From Trichosphaerium sp. ATCC 40318 (Eukaryota > Protista > Tubulinea), in assembly GCA_038496445.1 (NCBI GenBank), contig JALMLS010000076.1:62001-126000 (forward strand): DNA of 64,000 bases, in the 5' to 3' direction. A model generated the notes under the pieces. That model did not search any database, was not told the origin of the DNA, and saw only the letters and a list, made by a program, of their open reading frames with translations. The first letter of the stretch is position 1; each line of letters opens with the position of its first letter. The position numbers and the translations under genes were made by a program. Positions 35,284 through 47,363 of this stretch are shown here, in pieces.

Positions 35284-37918
35284 CTACCTACATAACGAGT
35301 ACATTTTTTCATTACATTCGATCCACCCGCGCATCACAAGCTCTTGAGCAATCTCACATACAAAATCTACAAAGTAAGCTTAAAACATATATGGTTTTTT
35401 ATTTGTATTCTCACCTTCTTCAATATCTGCAGCGTATGGCCTTGCATATGATAGTACCTAATTTTGTATTAGAATGCATTATATAGAGTTTTGTTGTACT
35501 GCATACGTTCTGTACAACCTCTTTTTCAGATACACAAGCCGGGTGCTTCTTTTTTACAACATCGTAAAATGCTACTTCAACAACATGTTTATAAAAAAGC
35601 ATAGCCTCTTCCCATCTACTAGGAGGCTTTATAAAATGTATTAGTAATGCATAAGCTATGCAAAAGAAAACACATTGCAAGTGATAAACTTGGGTGTACC
35701 TTTGCAATGACTGGCGGAGGACGTCTTGTTGTTTTTCTATTAAGGTTGTTCCTTCGCATGTGACTTCGGTAGTAGTTGTTGACACTGAAAATTGTTTCTT
35801 TAGTGAATTGGTACTCATCAGGAGATCCATTAGGAGAGGTGTATGTAAGGATATTCGTTTCAGGTCGTGTGAGAGTCTATAATGAAGAGTTAAATGAGCA
35901 GAGGTTTTTAAAAACAGTATAAATAAGTACCCAAAGCTTTTTGTCGAGATGTCCTTTAAAGTGGGAATTGAAAGCTTCCAAGAACCTCACCTAATGTTGA
36001 TGAGATGTTATTTATTAATATAAGATAAATTAGTCATTACCACAGATTCACGGAGTCCACATTCGTAGAAGTTTATCTTTGCTTGAATAATTTTTATTGC
36101 ACAAATCTCTCGAAGAGTTTTAATATGTGGCGGCAACATAGCACCAACAGACTCAATCTCTGGCATGCCAACGCTATCTCTATTATTAAAGAGATTCAAA
36201 ACACATAACTAGAAGTATTGTCAGTTAAACCAAATCGAGGTAATAATGTCATAAGAAAATACCTGCAGCATTGTTCCTTTCAATTCATACTCTCTTTCGT
36301 ATTCATTATTGTGATCAAATATCACATTACCTATTAACATTAATATCAATAAGTACAAAATAATAGCTTACCATGAGAGTAAGCACCTTGCCAGACTAGT
36401 TTTCTTCCTGGATGCTATTGTAACATTTATTTAAAAAAAACATTTAAAAAAAATATGTTTACCTTCTCCTTATAAAATTGAGTGTACAGCGTCATACATT
36501 TTGTTACTTCAGGTGGAGCCATTTCTAAGCTTGGGAGAGAACCAAATCTATCAAATATTGGTTGCCAAACATTTGGGGATAGCACACGGCATTTGAATTC
36601 AACTAAATAACACATTAATGATACATAGCTCCAAACCAAAAAAAACATACTGTTTGATGGATTAATCTTTTCAAAAGCTTCATCAAGTTTACTACTCTCG
36701 CGTAAATCTTCAATCAATTGATAAGGCTGTGCTAGAACATTTCCAAACACGTTACCATACTCACGCTGTAATACAGTTAGCTATGTATCAGGATAGCATT
36801 ACTCTTGAACTTACCTGTAAGTATCTTAACATTATGAACTGACGATCGTTTGGATCAGTTGGGATGGGTATATAACTAGAATATCCGAGTAAATACAATT
36901 GATTTATGTGGAATTGATGTCGGTTAATTTTTGACGTACCCACGCAGACTAAGTGTACGGTAGATGTACATAAAATCCTTGAAAAAAAGAAACTTGTCTT
37001 TTATGAAACGTGTCACTAATACCATCTTATGTATAGCGTCTTTACACATACTCTTCATATCGTAGTCTTCATCAAGGTAGTGCGGTTTACAGCAATCTTA
37101 TCAATTAAAATTATTCAACTTGTTGTGACTGAAACCCGCAAACAAGCCCTACATGCTTGGGCTGTTGGCTATGTATCTGGGCTCCGAAAACGTTACGTAC
37201 ACTTGAACCAATAAGTGAGCCACATCCATCCATTAGGGTCGTAATGACGAAACCATTTTTTGAAACACTAATCACGTGTTAGTTTATTTTTTTCACTTTA
37301 GTTTTTAAACTTACGTCATTTACTACCTTTCTCACTTCCCAATTGCCATGAAAGACTTCATGAGTGCCCTTTGCAAAATGGGCAAATACCTAGTGATATT
37401 TTCGTTAGTCTTAGCGATTGTGATAAGGACAAAACCTGGAAAAAGTTGTGGTAGCGCAATTTAGCCTCGCTTGTAAAACAGGAGTACTGGAGCATCTCGT
37501 CTATGAAACTAGCAAATAAATCCTTGAATTGAGTCATACCGGACTGTATCTACATGGACGTTATAATTGGGATACAAGAAAGGGCCTACTGTGCGTTACC
37601 TTTAGTAGAAACACGTATCGACAATTATCATCTCTTAAACCGAACCAATATTCTACACAATGTTCAATTTCGCGTTTGATAAGGTGAGCGTTATCTTTAG
37701 TCACGTCTACAACGGCCAGTAAAAATTATGAATGTTTGACAGGTTAACGGTTTACGTAGTGGATATAGAGCGTGTCGCCATCTTTTACACACTCGAGAGC
37801 ATTGGTGGTACGTATAGATTGGTAAATCAACAAATACGTGATGTAATAAAATTTCGGTTGGTAGCCATCCAATAGACGCAGTTCTACCCGAATCCGCCAT
37901 CAACGATCGCTTGTTCAT
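35284..37918 (-). CDS. F-box / cullin C-terminal-domain fusion protein with internal SOCS/BC-box-like motif
   Basis: F-box LPTEILLHHVFVDL..CSRVCKRWR. Cullin motifs FIKDKFLF, IEDLRESSKLDEAF, FKCRVLSPNVW, FYKEKHPGRKLVW, FSVNNYY. Nedd8-type winged helix VEVAFYDVVKKK..LVMRGWIE..YSL. Confidence 0.8.
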
Positions 37919-38026
37919 TCAGTGTAATTATTGAGATGGTTCTTGTACAACGGTCGCTGATAAATTCACTTTTTGGCGTTAAGGAATTACAGTTGCTAAG
38001 TTACATATTTCAAAAAAAACATAACG

Positions 38027-41000
38027 ATGGGAGTTCCAGGGCTATTTTTATGGCTCATAAAACGCTACCCAGCTATGGTGCATCTTATTAACCACGAAGA
38101 AAAAGCAAAGGACACCGACGATAAATCTAGTGAGGAAGAGAAGAAAGGAGTGCCAAAAGAGGACTATTCATGCGACAACCTGTATCTTGATATGAACGGC
38201 GTTATTCATAACGCCTCTCATCCTGCAGAAGACGAGCCAGTACAGTATTTACTTATAAACGTCCCTAAAATGAGGTAGGAAGCGCTAAATGTAAAACGAA
38301 CCAAAGAACTTATTCTGTGGAAACTTGACCACATTGTAGAAGCTACCAGGTACACACTAGTAAATTACTAGTCGTTATTTTGTGTAGCGGTTGCCCAACT
38401 TTATTTTTTCAAAATTAAAACTATCGTTAGGCCACAAAAATTAGTATTTATGGCCCTGGATGGTGTAGCACCGCGCGCAAAAATTAACCAGCAACGTTCC
38501 AGGCGTTTTGTTTCAGCTAAAGGTACGAATTAACGTCAAACTCGAAAAAATTTCACATTTTTTGTTATTGCTCATTGTTATGGTTGCCTTTAATGCTAAT
38601 AATCGTAAATTTAGATAGAAAAGAGGGTGATGACAGTTTTGATACCAACGCTATTACCCCAGGCACAGAAGTAAGTGACACGTCATATCTAGATTTTTTT
38701 TTTCCGATTTTTTTCTCAGTACCTAATTTGTAGTTTATGAACGATGTTGCTCACTGGATACGTGAATACATGGAAACAAGAGTTACTGAACACCCTTTAT
38801 GGAAAGACGTAAGACCGTCAAGTGCTTGTAATGTGGGCTAATATGATTATTTTAGCTTACAGTTATCTTCAGTGACACTGCTGTGCCTTCTGAGGGAGAG
38901 CACAAAATAATGGTACACATCACAACCATTATTTTAATTACTTACTTCTTGTAGGACTACATCCGCTTCGTCCGTAAACAACCAAACTATGATCCTAAAA
39001 CTCGTCACGCCATATACGGTAAAGACGCTGACTTGTTCTTCCTTGCTCTTTCATCGCACGAGTTAAACTTTAGTGTAAGGCTTTCTGATGTACTACAATT
39101 ATGTAATCTAATGAGTGCACTGTAGATTATCAGAGAGGAGGCTCAGTCGTCTATTCGTCACATTGTTCCTCCTGCTCCAAAGAAGGTTGTGCCCACTAAG
39201 ACTTTGCATGTGAGCCACTTGCCGACCACTGCACAGGAGGAAGGCTTAAAAACGATATTCTCCCAAGCAGGAAAGGTTGTTGAACTCAGACTAGTTCAGA
39301 AAGAGTCCAAGTATGCTTTCATTGAATACGAAACTGTAGAGGTTGCTACAAAGGCCTATGAAATGTTTAAGGGAGAGCTTGTTATTGATGACGAGCATAT
39401 TAAGATACAATACGCACGTGGCGGTATGTTCGTTGAAAATTCTTTTTGTTCCAATTATTGGTTGGCTAAACACAAGCTAGATAAGCCTAAACACGGTGAA
39501 AAAAAAGAACGAAGTAAGGATACTATTTATGTTGGTAACTTACCTTGGGCTATCAACGAAAGAGGTCTTGCTGATTTCTTTAAGGTTTGTAGCAAACTTA
39601 TTAAGCATGTGATCATAATTGATTTGCCCTTAGGATTGTGGACCTATTGCTGAAGTACGTATCATTACTGATAGGCACACTGGACGTTCTAAGGGGTACT
39701 TTGATAGCAATCAACGCAAGCTAAAATGATTGTAGGTACGGTTATGTACGATTTTCGAAAGAAGATTGTCTTGGTAAGGCTTTAGCATTGAATGGTAAAG
39801 AACTCAGTGGTCGTGCTCTTAAGGTTGACTTCAGCACGCAAAGGAGAACTGGTATAGCATAGAAATATTATGGATATCATGATGCTGATTGTTTTCCTTA
39901 GATACAGGCATCCAACGTGTTGATGAACAAAACTTGAAGATTGGACAATTCCTTTCTTTTATTGGCATTGTAGAAAACGGTGTCGCATACCATTATTTGG
40001 AAGTGCGTATACATAGTACCTGAGTGTTAACTATGATGATTAAAATTTTAATTAGACTGCCAATTGGGATCTCGAATTGGCTATAAATTTGTACTTTGAA
40101 AAACAGAGCAAGGGCGAAGATCCTTTGGCCGTCAAAGAAACCAAAGATGAGTCTGATAAAAAAGATAATAAAGAAGAGAAACTTGAGGCCAAAAAAGAGT
40201 CTGGGGAGAAGAAAACGGAGGATGATAAGTCTACTCCGAAAAAGAAAGAGAAGGATATTCACAACGTATATAACCATTTACTATGCCCTTGAACAGGTAC
40301 TTACCTGACTGTAGGTGTTAACAACTCATCAATTGCATCAAATAATGGGTATGAGGTACGTACAAAGTGGATACCTAGCTCATGTCATATTAATTTCAAG
40401 TTAAAGGTACTGGGTGTGTCATACATCAATTATACGCGAATATATGCAGTTTGAGATTGCCAAAGAATTTACGATTGCAAAAGAGCGCATGGAGAGACAA
40501 GCGGTTAGTTTTTTTTGTTGAACGTTCAATCATTTGACTTTTATGGTTTTAGGAGTATGATGGTGTACCAATAGAAAAAGAGGTATTAGCCAAATAATGG
40601 AAAACCACTTTTGTTTACTGATTTCTTTAGCTTACACCTTTTGAACTTGACCGTGTCATTGACGACTTTGTTTTTATTTTTATCCTCATTGGCAACGATT
40701 TCCTTCCAGGTTTGTTTGGCTACTCATATTTTAGCGTATAACTGTGGGCAATAGGGTTACCGTCACTCGATGACGTATACCATGGCACAATGGACTATGT
40801 GTGGATGACATACTTGCGTTGTCTACCTACTCTTGACGGTTATCTTACTGATAGAGTCAATGTACTAAAGCAATGTTGCTAACTGTTTTGCTTATTTGTT
40901 TGTTTTTAGCTTCACCCTAAGCGTATTGCTACCTACTTGAGGGCATTAGCAGAAAAAGAAACAAGTCAGATTTTGTATGTGCTTATTTGTATTATCTACT

Positions 41001-42497
41001 TGCAGTTATTAATGCTTTCCCCGTTTAGCTATCAGTACAAGAAAGGTTACAAAGGAATTCAAAAGAAAAAGTATTTGGAAGAAAAAAAGAAGCAGATGAT
41101 AGCCGGACATCATGACTCTAAAACTGAAGCTGTTGTTGTCGAAAAGGAGCCAATGCCTATACCAGAGAACCTTGAAGATGTAGATGATGAAAAACTTAGA
41201 CAACACTACTACACCACAAAGTTTGGTTGGGAGGATGAAGACTTTGAGAAAAACTTAGCAGCGTACGCTAGCAATTTTTTTTGAAAAGTTTTTCTTACTT
41301 CTTGTCAGCTTAAAAGAATCGTGGAGAACTGGAGCTGTATGGGTCATGCGTTATTACTATGCTGTACGATTACTATCAAACATTTGCAAAATACTTAGTC
41401 TTTTGTTAGGGATTACCATCATGGAGTTGGTATGTTAATTAGTCTTCATTGCTTACCTTGGCGTGCCTTGTTTTGATCTTATTTTAACTGTTGATTTAGG
41501 TTTTATCCTTACCACTATGCTCCATTAGCCTCTGATCTAGCAGATGCGTTTGATGACTTGAAGTGCGTTAATCTCAAGGCAAATCTGTTTTATAGTTAAT
41601 AAATTCGTTTAGAGAACCAACAGCTGAAACAGTTGTTCTACCAAAAGGTCGTCCTTTCAAACCATTCGAACAACTTCTTTCTGTGCTCCCACCTCAAAGG
41701 TACATGAAAATTTTGTGCTTCAATGTCTAAACTATGTTGTCCATAGTGCTACGCTGTTACCAAAGCCACTACGTTCTTTAATGACGTCTCCTACATCACC
41801 TCTAAGCGTGTATTATCCAGATGACTTTACGGTAGATATGTTTTCTGCTGATAGAGTATGTCAAAGTTTGTTTAAAGAATGATTTGAACTAAAAACTTTG
41901 GTTAGGAATGGATGGGTATTGTCCAATTGCCTTTCATTGATGAGACTCTCCTTGTTGAGAGTATTAAAAAAGTTGCTATGCCAGTTGATGAACAAGACAA
42001 AAAGCGTAATGCTGAAGGCACAAATACTCTGTTCTGCAAAAGTGGAAGTGCTGTTGCTAAAAGAATTGGCAAGGTGCGTAGTAACAAAAAGCAATTCACG
42101 ACATTTATTCTTGTTTGCAGGTTAAGAAGACTTCTTTATCTATGGACTTTGAAACTGGTATTTCTGGTTTAGTATATGAATGTAGTGATAATGGGAAGCT
42201 TCTTAGTGCTTCTTATAACTTTATGGGTACGCAATCACATCTGTTTCTCTTTTTTTTTTTTTCTCCCGTGGTTGTTATTGACAACCTTCACAAGATGCTT
42301 CACCTTTACCGATAAAATACGGTATGCTATGTGAAGAGCTACCACCTACATTGTCAGAAGAGGTTCTATTGCGATGTCTTCCACGGAATAAGCGTAAAAA
42401 GCGAAACAGAAAACCAAAAGAGGATAAAACTGAAGTAGTGGATAAAGAAAAGAAGACGGAAGAAAAAGAACCAGAAACTAAAAAAGAAGAAAAGTAA
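38027..42497 (+). CDS. XRN-family 5'-3' exoribonuclease with inserted 2 RRM + UBA-like domains
   Basis: [98 protein letters not shown]. Confidence 0.93.
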
Positions 42498-42550
42498 ATA
42501 AAACCGGAGGTTGAAGATATTGTTGCCACAGTATTTTACTAGATTAACAA

Positions 42551-45462
42551 TCACGATAACTGTACAACTGCAAGCGTAGCTGAATAACCTGACAAACTTC
42601 GTACTACTCTACCTTGAGATAGGCTACCACTACCATCAGCATGTATACGTTCACTATTATCAAACGTAAAGTAAGACACCTATGAGCACGAGTGAGTTAA
42701 CACTTTTTCTTTTTTTTCCCTTGCGTACTGTTCCTTGCATGCCAATAGAACTCACATCTATAGTCAGCGGTATTGTGCCGCTTGGTGTCTTATTCACTGC
42801 TATAATATAAATTTTCATTGCTTTGGTATCGTGGAAAGAGAACGTGTCCACAAGTGCAAGACTTGAGGTGTTAGCTGTGATAGAATCACCAGTAACTTGC
42901 GAGCCTAAATCATACAATGTCAAACTGTCTGATGAAGCTTTGGCTACGGTACCTTTGCCATCGTAGTTAAGGTATATCTTGAAGGCATCTTCAACTAGAG
43001 ATCCATACGCAGGCGCAACCCATCTCGATGCAACGTAAGCACCTTCGCGAGCCATAACACCGAGTGCTTGTACTTGAGCAAGAGCACCAGTTATGATATT
43101 ATCACCTCCAAAGTTATACTCGGATATAGACATTTTTAATTCTAAAATAAATGAGTTTAGGTATTGTTTGTTTAAGTAGGTTGTTTGTTTTCACTACGTA
43201 AGCTAAACACAAGTTGCTCACCTGGATCGTATTGATTGATCCATCCTTGTACTCGTCTCAATATGTATATAGGGGCACTGATCCATGACTCATCAACATA
43301 AGTTGGGTCCCAAAGACTTCTTGTGCTTCTAAAAAATGCGAGTCAATTACACTTTACGTATGAAGTTGTTTGGCTTTTTTATGTGTAACGTATGATGTAC
43401 CTTAGACGCAATAATGATGTTATTGTATCTTCTGTATCACTTAACGCAACATTAGGTGCTGCTGGATAAAAATGAAGATCAATTACATCGACTAAAGATT
43501 TTCCAGTCTTCAACTTATAGTGTGCTAGTTGTTGAATGTACCTAAGAATATCAGTACACAGACTAAATCAGAATATTATTCTTACCACTCTAGTATAGGC
43601 ATGTCGCCATGAGCCTTACGATCAGGGCCATCCGTACAGCCATCCGCAGCTGAGAACATGTACGCACAATATCCCCTGAAGTAAGTTAGCTAGGACGCCT
43701 ATACCAATGTCTGTACCATGGCACTGGCCCAAAGAGGAGTGATTCGGGAAAGGCTTCCTTTAGTGCACTAGCATAAGCAACAGTACGGTTCCAAAGCCTA
43801 GATTTTAATACATTAGTTGTTGTGACACTGGTAAAATTGTTTTTAGTACTCGTCGTATGTTAACTTTTCTGGATGCACATCTCTGTGAGTTGATGACCAA
43901 AGAGCAGGTTCGTTGTCCATCATAAACCAACGAGTGGTTCCTTTACCAAATGCCTGTTTTGTATTAAATTAAACCAAAGAAATAAAGAGTTTGGCGCACT
44001 TTGTCCAAATGTTGTATCCAATCCACATTGTACGACGGCTTTGTTTCTATTGATGTATCGTGTGGATCGTTTCCAGTAATATCAGATCCATCTGGTAAGA
44101 CTCCATTGCCACAATGACCGTAGTACGGATCTACTTTTTGCTGTTTTGGATACTTTGAAAGATCAAATCCGCATCTAGATAAAGAATCAACTGAAAACAT
44201 TGCATTGCTCTTTGTTGTAACCTTTTCACTCTATCTTTTGGTCTCCAGCCAATTATTGGTGTTGTTAGCAATACTTTGGCACCTATAAAAAAGTAAATCT
44301 CAAGTATACTGCGCTAAAGTAAACCACGTGCCGTTCTCGGTAGAGTTTTTGACAAAATTGTCAGCTTTACTTCCAAAAGGAAGGGCGCTTTCGTTCTTAA
44401 CAGGGTTTGGAATATTCTCAAAATACCAGTCAGAAGCGTGATTACCTGTATCTGTATCCCATGAATATCTTGTTACAGCATTACCACCCCATCTATGATG
44501 TCATTAGAAACGAAAATAAAATTGAAGGTACCTGTTAACTGAGTATTTATTTGCAGCAAGTTGTTTTGCTGAAGCGAAGTTAACACCAAAAATATATGGT
44601 GAAACCGGCCTTCTGTTCGTATCTGACACAACAACAGTGACAGGTTTTGCTTGAGGAACTGAAGCGGTAAATTGAATATCGTCAAAATACAAAGCGCTCT
44701 CAGCAGTGTTCTTCAAAAAAAATAGTCAATAAAAAAATTACTGCCAGTTAGCAAAACCTACCGTAGTTGCTTGAAACCAAATACCACCAATAGTCACTTC
44801 AGAACCTATAGCAAACTTGATAATGTCCAAAGAAGCTATAAAAGGAATAAGCACTAAAGAGTTTTTCGAAATGCAAACCTTGTGTCCATGTATTTGCGGG
44901 TACAGGCTTTCCAAGGATATCAGATAACAAAAGACTAGCGCCAACAGCTTTACCAGAAGATAGGAGATTAACTTTTACATTTTGACTGCCACCAGTCCCT
45001 CCGTTTACCCTTTGAAAAAAAGGTGAGTATGTAACGCTTCAAAATCACGTGATCCACAAGAAATTGGCCTAGTACCAAAACGTTAATTTTCCAAGGTTCC
45101 CAAAAGGCATAACAAAGTCGCCATGGAGGTATAGCGCTTGATACCCAGCAGGTATCATACTAAGTGCGTATTTGGAACCTGAACGGACAACCTTGGGCAA
45201 AAAATTAGATATTAGTACGACTTGCTGCTGGCTGTTGAAGAAAGCGTGCCGTTGTATCTTGGAAGTTTACTTTTGCCCATGAATAGTTTTCAAAGCCGTT
45301 TAGAAGTTTACCTTGCTTTAATGTTAAAAAAGGAGTGGTTAAAGGAGTGGTTGTTGGATTGTTTGAATTTAACACACCTGTTGTACCAGAGTACACTTGT
45401 ACAGATATCTCTTGCGCTAGTATAGCGAGTACAATGCACAGAAGTAATATTGCGTGCCTCAT
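42551..45462 (-). CDS. Secreted GH44 endoglucanase/xyloglucanase with N-terminal CBM-like domain
   Basis: Signal peptide MRHAILLLCIVLAILA, VSPYIFGVNF, RWGGNAVTRYSW, MDNEPALWSSTHRDVHP (acid/base Glu), DLHFYP, ISEYNFGG (nucleophile Glu). Confidence 0.9.
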
Positions 45463-45689
45463 TGTTGACACAAACTGTCGGAGAAAAAGAACAATGTTGA
45501 CGTTTGAAAAAACGTCAGCACGTGAACATTAATGTGCAATAGCGTACACAACCTGGATTATACTTCAACTTATACTTGCACCTTACTACAGTCCCTTATG
45601 TGTCACCTACCTTTCTTCCGTTTAAACTCGAACCAGTACAAAACGGCACAGGTGTTCCACGTTAAACTCGCGCATTTATTTTTACTATT

Positions 45690-47240
45690 TTACAGTACAG
45701 ATTCTTCTGCAGTCCGCTTGGGTATATCGATGGCTTTTGCTATAGCCTCCACGGCCATTGCTGTTGCAGCGCGGACAACAACATCTTTCTTACTGCCCTT
45801 GATTACAGCGTAAGTCGCGCCAGGATATACAAACATTGTGTGCCCTAGTGAAAACAATCAACAATAATGGTTTTTAAAGTCAAATGTACTTGGCCCGTGT
45901 ATTTGTACACCTGTAAATATAAGCCAGTCTCTGTAGGTATCATTATTATTTGATACAAGTGTGTTCAAATCCTGTACCACGGTAAGTGCTAATAAAAGAA
46001 GCCAATTTGAAGCTGTTTCTTACCTCGAGTATCTGTTTGGAACATAACTTTGTAAGTTCAACAAGCGAAGGAATAGAGCCATAATCTATCTTCTTTAATA
46101 ATCTTTGTTTTAACAAACTTTGCTCAAGATCATGTGGATCTAAATCAAGATTGATATGGCCAGAAAGCTGAATATTTGTACTGTTAGTTAAAACGAAAAC
46201 TACCCACGTGGTATCATACCATCTCCTTCCTGAAAGCCCCTAGAGCTCCACACGCATGAGAAGTCTTTGAAAAGCAGTTTAGATAAATCCTAACTGCTCA
46301 GTACAATTCAGTACCTCTGCACGTCCAAATCTGGCACATAGGCCAATCTCGCCATTCTCATATAATCCAATATGTGACATAGCAAAGAACACTATTTTTT
46401 CAGTGCCAGTTTCGTCTAATTAAAACTTCAGAAGCTTCTGACATATGACTTTTTAACCTACCTTGAGGTGCATGAGCTAATGCTGCAGCAATACCTGTCT
46501 GACCCAGGAACAATAACCCACCAAGGCTAGAACAATTGAAAGCTTCTCCCCACACCCCAGATATGCAATCAGACATCGCCCTTAGGAAGAGTATCAGAAC
46601 TGTTTTCTGGTTATTTTGTGAAGTTTGTGGTTTCGTTGTATTATCTGAAAAAATGCGACTTTGATGTCGCTTACTACCTTGTTATTTCGTCACGACAAAA
46701 ACTAACACACGCTATTGTATTATCGTTTGTGAAGCCCATACTGTTTGCTGCTTTAAAAGTAGAGCGTATGAAAGCATCCATGGATACTGAGCCTGCAAAG
46801 TGCTTCTCCATGGCTAACTTAAAGCGTGGGAAGTCCCTCAGTACCTCTTCTTCTACGTTTGGTTAATTTCTCAAAAAAGAAACTAATAATGTGCCGTGGA
46901 AACCTACCCGCACTCTCAATCACGTTGTTTACTTCAATCACAAGCGGTGGTTCCCCTAAAACTCCTTTTAGCAACGAAAAAACAGATAATACGTTTGTAT
47001 ACCGCTACAGAGCTCGGATAGTGGACTCATGGCGTCTGGGACTGAATTTGGGGCGCTACCTATGAACATAGTGCAATGTACAGGTAACTTGACCACAAAT
47101 GACTTGAGATACTATTATCACATTTATGGCTACGTAAAAAAGTTACTCGTTGTTCTTTAATGCGTAAGTACCTAATTCTACGGCAACCCTCTTTATAATT
47201 GTGGATCAAAATAACATACCCTTCAACGTTTTGTACCATC
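45690..47240 (-). CDS. LCIB/LCIC-type beta-carbonic-anhydrase-like protein (start uncertain)
   Basis: NTIACVSFCRDEIT, WGEAFNCSSLGG..GQTGIAAALAHAP, VFFAMSHIG..GEIG..RFGR, SHACGAL, FTGVQIHGP. The Cys/His/Cys zinc triad is retained. Confidence 0.85.
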
Positions 47241-47363
47241 ACGTGGTAAATACGGTCTCAAAAAAGAAAGAAAAGACCAAAAAGTAATAACACAATTTTT
47301 ATTTACAAGTTACGGTATTTCATTGGCCTGTGACATGAATTCAAAATGCCTCAGTCAATATTT

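Noticed and set aside
6901-38473. CCG codon reassignment suggested by the Gln-like tRNA(CGG)
   Set aside because: CCG occurs at invariant Pro positions in GH18 (6901) and XRN (38471).
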